DNA of 64,000 nucleotides from Chlorokybus atmophyticus (Eukaryota; Plantae; Mesostigma and Chlorokybus algae): NCBI GenBank assembly GCA_009103225.1, contig RHPI01002656.1, positions 310,001 to 374,000 of the forward strand, read 5' to 3'. Shown piece by piece: positions 53,090 to 64,000 of this stretch (position 1 is its first letter; each line of letters starts with the position of its first letter). The notes under the pieces were generated by a model. It saw only the letters and a program-made list of their open reading frames with translations, ran no database searches and was not told where the DNA came from. The position numbers and the translations under genes were made by a program.

Positions 53090-56000
53090 ATGGGAACTCC
53101 CAGGGCACGCTCTGGCGTGCCATCTACCACTGCAACAACCCACAACAGCTACAACAACAACAACCCCACCAGCTACAACCCTTCCGCTCCTCTCCCGGCC
53201 CACTCCACGACTGCAAGCCACAGGTCCTGGGCCGGGGTGCGAACCCCGCGCGGGGTGAACGACGAAGGGGATGAGACGGGGCTTGTGCTGGCTTCGAGTA
53301 TGATGACGGGGAGGTCGGGAGCCGGGGATAGCATGGCGATGACGGGGGAGATGTGGAGAGACGCTGTCGAAGGAGAGGAACCGGTGAGTGGATGAGGGGG
53401 GCGTTGACAAAGAAGATGTTGTTATTGTGGTCGTCGTCGTCGTCGTCGTTGTCGTTGCCGATGTTCATGTTGATGTCGATGTTGATATTGTTATACTGTG
53501 GCTGTCCGCGGCACCGCTACTGAAAGCGCACGCACACACGCACACGCACACGCACGCGCGCGCGGATACCAACCAACTGTCATTGTCATTGTCGTTGTTG
53601 TTGCTGCAGTTGCTGTGGTGGTGGTAGTGCTGCTGTCGTCGTCGCTACAGCAGCCACAATACACAAGAGCAACAGCAGGCGTAAACAACAACAACAGCAC
53701 AGCACGACGCGTTGTGCTGTCGATGTTGCTGCTTTTTTCGTCATTGGCGTTGTCGTTGCAACTGTTGCAAAAGGTGCTGTTGTGGTATCCCGTGACATTG
53801 CCATGTTGGGATCTACGGCTGTCAACATAGTCGCTGTTGTTGTTCATGGTCGGGCGCCACTGCTGTTACAATTGGTGGCACTTGTTGATACCATCTCTCG
53901 TTTCACACCACAACATCAACAAAATCAACAAGACGTACAATCCCAACACTTCTCCCTCTGGCCTTGCAGGAGATGTCTGGCTGGTTGCTGAAGCAAGTCT
54001 CCGGCAGCAGCGGCCGCAAACACAACTCCACTCTACCAGTCACCACCGCGCGCCGATGGAAGCGCTACTGGTTCTACCTACAGGCCGACCGCCTCTGCTA
54101 CAGCCCCGCACCTCCCGAACGTAAGAGCAACACCACAACACACAAATGAACAACAGTCCACTCACAAGCACACATGTACACACGTAAACAAACATCAAAG
54201 CAATTCAGGCAGGTACACGCACACGCATGCACCCACACATACACCAAACCTTTACCCAACCACTCAGTGGCGGGAACAACTTCCTCCGAGCTTCATTCCA
54301 GCGCTCCCCTCCTATCCTCCCTCCTATCCTCCTCCCCTCCTCCCTCCATCAAATACCTCCCCTTAGACCGCATCCCCGTCCGCCCCATGCCCCGCGGCTA
54401 CCGCGCCGACGCCGCCATCACCCACTTACCCCCCCACACCTCTCCCTTACCCCTTAACTCCAAGCTCTCCTCCTGCTGCATCAGTCTCACTGTCGGGGGA
54501 AGGACCCACTACTTGGTCGCTCCCAGTGAGGGAGAGGCGAGGGAGTGGTGTTTGGCTCTTAGGAGGGCGTGGATGAGATACGTGTTGGTGGGGGAGAGGA
54601 GACAAACTGATAGTCATGCTGGGGGGATGGTGGTGGAGGCGTATAGGGTGGAGTTGGAAGGGGTGAAGGAGAGGTTGAAGGAGGTGGAAGGGGAGCTAAG
54701 GGAGAGGGACGCGAAGGAGTGGAGCGCGTGGCTGGAGGTGAGGGAGAGCGAGGTGGTGGAGAATAGGGTGGGGAGATATAGGTGGGTGTGCGAGTGGGTG
54801 TGTGTGTGGATGTGCGTGTGGATGTGGGTGTGAATGTGTGTGTGGGGGTACTTACTCATGCGTGCTTAGGGTTGAGGTGTATACCGGCGATGTCAAGGGC
54901 GCCAGCACAGACGCAGCAGTGTATATACAGATCTTTGGCAAGGCGCACACCACCACCACCAACAGCAGCAGCAACAGCTTCACAACCCAGACAGACAAAA
55001 TCTACCTCGCCAAGTGAGTGTGTGCTCCATATGTGGACTCACATTGCCACATATCGTTAGGCAGCCCAACCACATACACACTCTGTCCACAGGAGCGACC
55101 CAACCACGACTACCAACCAGCCTCACCCTTTCCAGCGCGGTCGCGTGGACTCGTTCGACTTCATCGCGCGCGACGTCGGGCCAGAGATAGCCATGCTCGT
55201 TGTTGGGTTGGAGGTGAGGGACAAACCCACATCCACATCACCACCGCAGTGGTACCTCGCCATGGTGAAGGTGTGGAGAGAAGGAGGAGGAGAAGAGGGA
55301 ATAGTGTTCCCGTGCAACGGGTGGGTTGGAGGGAGCCAAAGTCAGATCAAAGAGTTGTGGCCTGCGATCGGGGTTGCGAGTGTGGATACCAGCGTGACGT
55401 ACACGTTGATTTTCCACACGAGCGATGTGCGTGGTGCAGGCACGGACGCCAACGTGAGCGTCATGTTGGTGGGCTCACTTGACCAATCTAGTAAAACCAC
55501 TTTACCCACCGGGCCGGAGTCCTTCGAGCGTGGCCGCGCAGACACCTTCCCCGTGCGATGCCGCGCGGATCTCGGGGAGATCTCAGTGCTACATGTGTCG
55601 CACGATAATGCGGGCGCGGAACCCGCGTGGCACCTCGACTACGTGGAGGTGGTAAGGGAAGGTGGACACGCCATCGGCAACAACAACAACAACAACAAGT
55701 GGTATTTTGTTTGTGGGGAGTGGTTGCGTGACAAGGATGGGTTGGACAAAGCCCTCAGGGCTTCAAGGGTTCATCCGAGGTCTATTCGGACGGCGTACGT
55801 GATGGTGTTTCATACGAGTGATGAAAGGGGTGCGGGGACGGACGCCAACGTGTACGTCACGCTTGTTGGGGAGCGCGGAGCGGCGCCGGAGACTAAGTTG
55901 GCGGCTCTTAAGGAGGCCTTTGAGCGCGGAAAAGCTGACAAGGTGAGTGTGTGTGCATGCGCGCGCGCGTGTGTGTATGTGCGCACTTGTGTGTGGGTGT

Positions 56001-59000
56001 GCACAGGCAATCATGTGTGTTTATGTGTATGTGCGCACGTGTGCGCTTGCGTGTGTGTTGTGAAGACAACAAAGATGACTGATACGCAACCACTTGTGCA
56101 GTTCCGCTTGGAACTGGACAATGTTGGCCCGCTCAAGTGTCTGAGAATCAGGCAGGATGGCGCCGGTGTCGGCTCCGACTGGCACCTGGACCACGTACAA
56201 GTCAGTCACATGAACACCATTTTCACAAGATAGAACCCAACATGTGCATCTGTTTTGAGTGTCTTGCTGCAACAGGTCACATGCCAAGCAGACCAGCGCA
56301 CGACGTTCTTCCCATGCCGAGCATGGATCAAGACCAACATCCCCACAGACCTCGCACCCTCCCTTACTGACCCCGCTACCACCCGCATCCCCTACACAAT
56401 AAAGGTAATGACCACATGCTTGCTTGATTGCTCATGTTGTGCCGCAGCAGGGTGAGTCCCAACAATATATGTCTAGGTGGTCACGGGTGATGCGCGTGGG
56501 GCCGGCACGGACGCCGGCGTGTACTTGCGTCTCTTCGGCACGCGCGGTGACTCGGATGAGTTAAAGTTGGAAGCCAACAAGGACTCCTTCGAGCGTGGCC
56601 GCACGGACACCTTCCCTATCATTCTACCTTTAGACCTCGGTGACCTTACTCGTGCGGTCGTGCGACATGACAACGTTGGGACGGCACCCGCGTGGCTCCT
56701 CGACCATGTTGTTGTGACACATACTCAAACCAACAAGTCATGGACCTTCCCGTGCGGAATGTGGCTCGATGAAGGCTCGGGTGATAAGCTAATTTGTCGG
56801 GAGTTGATTACGGGTGGCACTCCACCCAAGCCACATGAGTACAAACTCACTGTACGCACGAGTGACGTGCGGGGAGCCGGCACGGACGCCAATGTATTCA
56901 TCACAATCTTCGGGTCCCGCTTCGGGTCGCATCGATTCGACCTCAAAGCGAGTAAGAGCGCTTTCGAGCGCGGGGCCGAGGACGTGTTCTTCGTCAAAGG
57001 TCCCGACGTTGGGGAGGTCATAGAGAGGATTAGTGTTGGACACGACGGGTCGGGTGTTGGACCCAGTTGGCACTTGGCCGAGGTGGAGGTGCGGGACCTT
57101 ACTCGTAATACAATGTGGACATTTCCATGTGGGAGGTGGCTTGGTAGTAATGAGGGTGATGGGCTAACGGAGCTTACGCTCTTTCCCGCGGGAACGCCCG
57201 GCGCGTTGAGTAAGGCGAAGTACAGAGTGACGGTGTATACGAGTGATGTACGCGGGGCTGGCACCGATGCGCGCGTGTTTGTACGGATATTTGGGACGAA
57301 GGGACAGACTGCTGACCTGCGACTCGAGTCCAAATCCAAGTGAGTGTATGTACTTCGTGTGCTCTACTACTGCTCCGTTGCTGGCATGGAGACAGTGTCG
57401 TACTTGTGTGTGTATGTGCTGACATTGGCCAACACATACAGGGACACCTTTGAGAGGGGTCAGAAGGATGAGTTCACCATTGAAACGCAGGCAAGGGGCC
57501 TCTCTAGTTTCCAACATCGGCACATTTACACGTCAACAAACCTTACACACCTTACCCACCATGCGTACGTGTCATGCAGGACCTGGGTGACCTATCTCGC
57601 CTCCGCGTTGGCCACGACAACTCCGGTGTCGGCTCCGCCTGGCACCTCGCTCGCGTCGAAGTGGAGCGCCTCGGCGCTGCTGACTCCAAGTCCAAGAGGT
57701 GGGGTTTCGCGGTGCACGAATGGATCGACGCCGAGTGCTGCCCCGGAGGCGTGCCCGCGCGGGAGGTTGCCGTGGAGACGGAAGAGAAGGGGATGAAGAG
57801 GTATAAGATCACGGTGTATACGAGCGACGTGCGGGGGGCGGGCACGGATGCCAATGTGTTCGTACAGGTGAGTGTGCTGAAGGGGGGTGGGCCTTGAGAT
57901 TGGCCCCATTGCAGTTGCAGTGATGACATCTTGCTGCTATAGCCAACGTGTTGTGACACTTGTGAATGATGATGTTGGCCTTTGGGCGTAGATGTTTGGA
58001 AGTAAGGGCTCTACTCCCAGCGCTCCTCTCCCATCCAACAAGTCCTCATTCGAGCGCAACAGCGCCGACACCTTCTTCCTCACTCTCCCCGACATCGGCA
58101 CCCTCACCAAGGTCAGTCCCCCCCCCCCTCCCCACCCACACACCCACCCACACTCACCACCCACACCCACACCCACACCCACACCCACACCCACACCCAC
58201 ACCCACACAACAACCTTCCCAGCTCCGTATCGGCCACGACAACAAGGGCTTAGGTCCCGGTTGGCACCTCTCGCACGTGGAGGTGGACACAACAACATCG
58301 GAGGGTGGAAAGGTGTACTACTTCCCGTGCGAGCAGTGGTTGGACAAGGACGAGGGTGATAACATGATTGTGAGGGAGTTGATGCCGGTTGATAAGGAAG
58401 GGCAGGGAGGTGGTGGGGGGAAGTGCAAGTATAAGGTCACGGTGCGGACCAGCGATGTGAAGCATGCGGGGACGGATGCGAATGTCACGGTCGTGGTGTT
58501 TGGGGAGAAGGGGGATACTGGGCCCCGAGCACTGGACTCATCAAGGTATGTTGGGTGTACGACTTGTACTCTGCAAGGCTTTAATTAGAAGTGCTGAAGT
58601 TGTTTCTGTTGTGTTGGATCAGGAATGACTTCGAGCGGGGGGCGACGGACGTGTTCACGTTTGACGCGAAGGACGTGGGCCCCATCATTAAGGTGAGTGT
58701 GGATGGACTTTGCTGCAAGCCCGCTGTTGTTGTTGTTGTTCCTGCTGTTGGCATGCATGCTTTTGGCACGCGCAACAACATAATCATTGCTCTTGCAACG
58801 CCAGATCCGTATCGGCCACGACAACCGGGGCGTCGGCGCCGGCTGGCACCTGCAAGACGTTGAGGTGGAAGCCATTACTTCAATATCAACGCATCAACTA
58901 CTGTGTTGTGACGGACACACACACACACACACACACGCAAGCCCCCCCTCTCAGGTGTCCAACTTGACTATGGGCATGTCGGCCTTCTTCCCCTGCTCCC

Positions 59001-61644
59001 AGTGGTTCGACCGCAACGAGGGCGATGGCGCCACCGAGCGCGAGCTGCTGCCTGCCAACGGCGGCACCGACCCGTACGTCCGATACAGAGTAAGTGAACA
59101 GGAGTGTGGGTGTGTGGGTGTGTGTGGTGAGGGGTGAGGGGTGATATGGGGTGATGGGCAGGTGACGACGTTTACGAGTGATGTGAGGGGGGCGGGCACG
59201 GATGCGGGAGTGAATGTTGAGATACATGGGAAGAATGGCGTGTCCTCGGGTCCCAAACCACTGCGCTCAGAGGTACAATTGGACACTTGGACAACACTGT
59301 CACCTGACAAGCACACACACGCACAATCGCGTGCAATGACCACAACATACACCTTTCCCTTTCCAGTCCAAGGATACCTTTGAGCGCGGCCGCTCTGATG
59401 TCTTCCACGTCACGTGCATGGACTGCGGCGAAGAGCTGTCATCAGTGACTGTCTCTCACGACGGCAAAGGGGTCGGGTCGAGCTGGCACCTGGAGCAGGT
59501 GGAGGTGTTCGACGAGAAGAGAGGGAGGGGGTGGTACTTCCCCGCGGCGTGCTGGCTGGATGGGAAGAGTGGGTTGAGTAAGAGGTTGATGGCGGCGAGC
59601 AAGGACCCCAGAACGGAGAAGTGCAAGTACAAGGTGGGTGGGTGGAGTGATACTTCTTATGCACTGACTGAGACTATAAACACTCTCTGCAGGTGACGGT
59701 TAGTACCTCTGATGTAAGAGGTGCGGGCACGGACGCCAACGTGACTCTGACGTTGTACGGCGACAACGGCCGCACGTGCGAGCGCGCACTAACCACAGGT
59801 AGATGTCGCATACGTAACGAACTCATGACAAACGACCCCAACATGACCAAACTCACCCTGTTCACCCCCAGGCAAGTTCGAGCGTGGCAGCGAGGACGTC
59901 TTCTTCTTCGACGCGTTGGACATGTCCAACATTGTGAAAGCCCGCATCGGCCACGACAACTCGGGCGGCTTCGGCGCCGCGTGGCACTGCGCTGGTGTGG
60001 AGGTAGTCAACCTCACGACGGGGAAGACGGTTCTCTTCCCGTGCGGGATGTGGTTCGACGCAACACGAGGAGACAAACTCACTGTGAGGGAACTCATTGC
60101 TGGAGGGGAGGGTAACAATGTCAATGGAGCTGCCAAACCTATGAGATATAAGGTGGGTGGTGGATATGTGGGATATGTGGGTGATGTGGGTGATGTGGCT
60201 ATGTGAGTTGCGGGTGTTCCTCCTACTCATGTGGTGCGGGCGCGTCATGTCCTAGGTTGTGACGTACACGAGCGACCTGCGTGGTGCCGGCACGGACGCC
60301 AACGTGTCCCTCGTTCTCCACGGCTCCCTAGGCGACTCGGGTCGTCGTGTCCTCGACTCCTCCCGCGACAACTTCGAGCGCGGGCAGGTGGACACCTTCT
60401 CCCTCGAGTCTCACCACCTCGGGGAGTTAAGAAGACTCGTCATCGGGCATGACGATAGTGGGCCGGGACCCGCGTGGCACCTGGCGCAGGTGGAAGTGAT
60501 GGAGGAAGGGGGAGAAGGGAGAGTGTGGAGGTTCCCGTGCGGACAGTGGTTCGATAAGAATTGTGGGGATGGGAGGGTGGAGAGGGAGCTGGTGCCGGCG
60601 TCGGCGGGAGATAAACCACTCAACACCTGCAGGTAGTGGCACACACCATTCTATATGTGTGTGTGTGTCTGCGCGTGTGTGTGGTGTAAAAGCGGGTTGC
60701 GTTCGCACACACACATACACGCGCGCGTGTGTCGCGCGCTTCCCTCTTTTGCGAGACACTGCACTATCTCACACTTGACCCTGTGTGCAAGTTGGTTGGT
60801 TGTCAACGTCCCAATCAGCCGACACGTTGTTGTCAAGTGGCAATGTTGCGTCTGTCTCAGGTATAAGGTGACCGTGTGCACGAGCGACCTCAAGGGCGCC
60901 GGCACTGACGCCGAGGTCTTTATCGAATTGATCAACAAACACAACACTCGTAGCGACGTGTTAAAACTCAAGTCCGGTAGTGTGGACCCCTTCGAGCGCG
61001 GCTGTGTCGACGTGTTCTTCCTCGACGTGTCCCCGCCGTTGGGCGACATAACACGCATACGCATCGGCCACGACAACCGCGGGATGGGACCAGGGTGGCA
61101 CCTTGATCATGTGGAGGTGGAACCCGAGGGTGGGATGAAGAGTGTGTTCCCGTGCGGGAGGTGGTTTGATAAGAAGAGAGATGACGGGTTGATTGTGAGG
61201 GAGTTGAGTGCAGCGGAGGGGAGGGACATTAACAAGAAGTCCATGTTGTGTCGGTACCGCGTGTCCACGCGTACGAGCGATGTCAAGCACGCGGGTACCG
61301 ACGCGCGCGTGAGCGTGGAGTTGTTCGGTGCGTTGGGTGCGAGCGGGGTGTTGAAGCTCGTGTCGGGAAGCAAGGATGCGTTCGAGCGCGGGCAGACGGA
61401 CGTGCTTGTGGTTGAAGCGGCGGATGTCGGACCCATGAATAAGATTGTGATTGGGCATGATGGCACGGGCATCGGCGCGGGGTGGCACCTTGCAGATGTG
61501 CATGTACTCAACACCAACACAGGCGAAGAAGCACTCTTCCCATGCCACAGGTGGGCATCACGACCGTTATTCTCTCACGCGTGTATGTATGTATGTATGT
61601 ATGTATGTATGTATGTATGCAATGTGTGCATATACACACAGTGC

Positions 61645-61675
<31 letters not shown>

Positions 61676-63419
61676 CATAAATACAGTTTACAAGTACACA
61701 ATCCAACGTCACCACCCAACACACCTCCTTTCCCAGATGGCTAGACAAGAAGGAGGACGACGGCCTGACCTCACGCGAGCTGTTACCCGCAAAACAACAA
61801 CAACCATCCCCACCTCCAAAGCAGCAGAAGATCGCAGCCAAGCCTCCTGTACCAACCCCGTCTCGCTACACGGTGCGCGTGTACACGAGCGACGTGCGAG
61901 GTGCTGGCACGCGCGGGACGGTGCGGTTCACGTTGTTCGGGGAGCGCGGGGACAGCGGGGAGCAGGTCGTGAGGAATGATGTTGGTGGTTCTAAGAATGA
62001 CAATGTGGGGGCGTTTGAGCGCGGGGCGGTGGCGCAAGTGGAGGTGAGAGGGAAGTTCTTGGGGAGGCTGCAGAGGCTGAGGATCGGACATGACACCATG
62101 GAGAAAGGGGATGGTACGTGATCGTGTTGTGCCGACACGCATGCCAACGCAATAGGCATGTACGAATGAACGACGGCATGAGGATATATCAACACTTGTG
62201 CAGGTTGGCATCTGGATCGTGTGGATGTCATTGACCACGATGTCAAGGACTTGTACACCTTTATGTAAGCTGCACACATCTGCCTGTGTGCGCGCCTCGT
62301 GTTTGTGTCTCTTTGTGTGCGCGCGCATGTGTGTGGGTGTGTGCATGGGTGTGTGCATGCACCTGTGCATCACCACGCCAACTAACCCCTCTTACTTGTC
62401 TTGTTCTAGTTGCCGTCGGTGGGTGGATGGCAAGCAGGACGACGGCGCCCTCGTGTGCAACCTTCTCACCAAGGGCCCTGTCCCCGCCGCCAACCAGCCC
62501 TCTCCACCACTCCCCACACCAGCCAAAAAGAACAACAACATCAGCACCACTGCTGTGACGGAAGGCACGGACGCGAGGTTCACACCGTCAGACAATGAAC
62601 GCGCTTCGGATGTTGAGTATAGAATAAAGGGGACCAGACAGCAACATACTCAACATGTCACACATGAGCGTGCAAGTGATGCGGCTGCGGCCCGTCGAGT
62701 AGAAAAGGGAAACAAGCGAAGGGAAGGGTTGTCGGCAGCCAGAGTGTATAGCGATGAAGGGAGCGATGATGCATACAGCTGGCATGAAGAGGATGATGAT
62801 GGGGAGGGGGAGGAGTCCACATCACGTGCAAAGACAACTTCGGGTGCAGTGAGGGATGACAGGAGGTCCTATGGTGAGACGGAGTATGAAGTGGCCGTCA
62901 AGACCGGCAGCGTACTCGGGGCCGAGACAGACGCCCAAGTGTGTACACATGCACGCATAATTTCGCAACCCAATTTCGCAACACATGTGCATGACATAAA
63001 GATTCTCCCTTTCTCAGGTGTATCTGGAGCTGGTTGGGAAGGGTGGGCATAGCAGCGGTCGTGTGCAGCTGGAGCCAGCGTTGAGACGCGGCAACCCAGG
63101 CCAGTGCTTTGGGCGGAGCAAGACGGACGTGTTCTTCATTCGTGCGCATGAAGTTGGAGACATCGAGTTGCTGAGGTCAGAAAGGCTCTAACACCATGCA
63201 CAGTGTATGTATTGACACGAGGGCGAGCACAGAGTCATAAGCAATGGTTTCTGCAGGGTTGGGCATGATGGGAAGGGATTGGGGCCGGCGTGGTTTCTGG
63301 AGAGTGTGAGCGTGCGCGGGGGCGGGGGCGCGTGGTTCTTCCCGTGCCGAAGCTGGCTGGAGAGCAGGGACCCGAAGCATGGAAGGATTGAGGTCGAGCT
63401 CCGGCCTGCTAGTCAGTAG
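53090..63419 (+). CDS. PH domain, coiled coil and 15 PLAT/LH2 repeats (LOXHD1-like; many exons)
   Basis: The PH domain reads EMSGWLLKQ...WKRYWFYL...HYLVAPSEGEAREW. Fifteen [TS]D..GAGTDA.V-type starts occur at ~54880, 55420, 55815, 56485, 56860, 57240, 57820, 58450, 59170, 59700, 60265, 60880, 61270, 61885 and 62900, each followed by HD.G...W.L..V and FPC..W. The stop is at 63417-63419. The first exon is inferred. Confidence 0.88.
61583..61678. repeat. inverted intronic microsatellite pair (GTAT)9 / (ACAT)8
   Basis: Direct reading of 61583-61618 and 61647-61678. Confidence 0.95.
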
Positions 63420-64000
63420 TGTTGCCGACATGGGTGACTTGTACATATGGAGCTGAGTGGATGCACTAAACACAGCTAGCAAATGCAAGCCATGGAGTGC
63501 TTGATCCAGAGTCTTAGTTACTCAACCACAGCTCGACATGAGTGCAGGATGCACTGGCAGTCCTAAACCGCTACTCGCACGATTGCTCATAAGTTGCGCA
63601 CATGCCACACCGATCAAATCCAGGTGTCCACAGGCACATGTGCTGTATTTGCTGATGCACGGATACCAATGCATGAGTCTTGGCAAGTCACACCGTATGA
63701 TTCCGAAGCAACCACACAGGCGCATGCTAATGTGCACATGTTGTGTATTCCAATCTTCACATCACAGGATGCACTTGCCCACATGCCGCGTATGTGCCTT
63801 GGGCTGAGGAACGGCTTGTGCAGAGCACCTTGAGGGCACATGAAGTGCTGAGGCACTCTTGTTTTGCAGTGTTGCACCAACTCTGCCTGGTTGACATTGG
63901 AGAAAAGTATACACTTAATATCTTTACAAACAGTAGCAAACTGGCTGCAGGCAAGCAAGGTTTGATGCACTACACGTGCCAAGCTTACATGCACTGTGCA

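Overview
Eukaryotic genomic DNA with GT-AG introns and CA/GT microsatellites. The host genes are plant-like, so a streptophyte or green alga is likely (inference). The left ~29 kb is a nest of at least six copies of one unusual Ty3/Gypsy-type family. Its polyprotein order is Gag (zinc knuckles plus a long conserved unknown domain), aspartic protease, DNMT3/DRM-like C5 cytosine methyltransferase, RT, RNase H, integrase, PHD finger. One copy (8122-18375) is complete, with TGTC...GACA ends and a 4-bp target-site duplication (GGAG), yet I find no long terminal repeat: the ~300-bp 5' segment and the ~240-bp segment after the polypurine tract are unrelated. The family's leader instead carries a 16-nt inverted repeat that co-varies between copies and a copy of the PPT junction, which points to a non-canonical replication route (hypothesis). 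The copies insert repeatedly into each other's gag. The rest of the window holds a PUX11/UBXN4-like gene, an NRAMP transporter, an RT-deleted chromovirus with normal LTRs (41186-47079), an F-box gene, a kish/TMEM167 gene and a PH + 15xPLAT (LOXHD1-like) gene. All alignments were done by eye; no searches were run.
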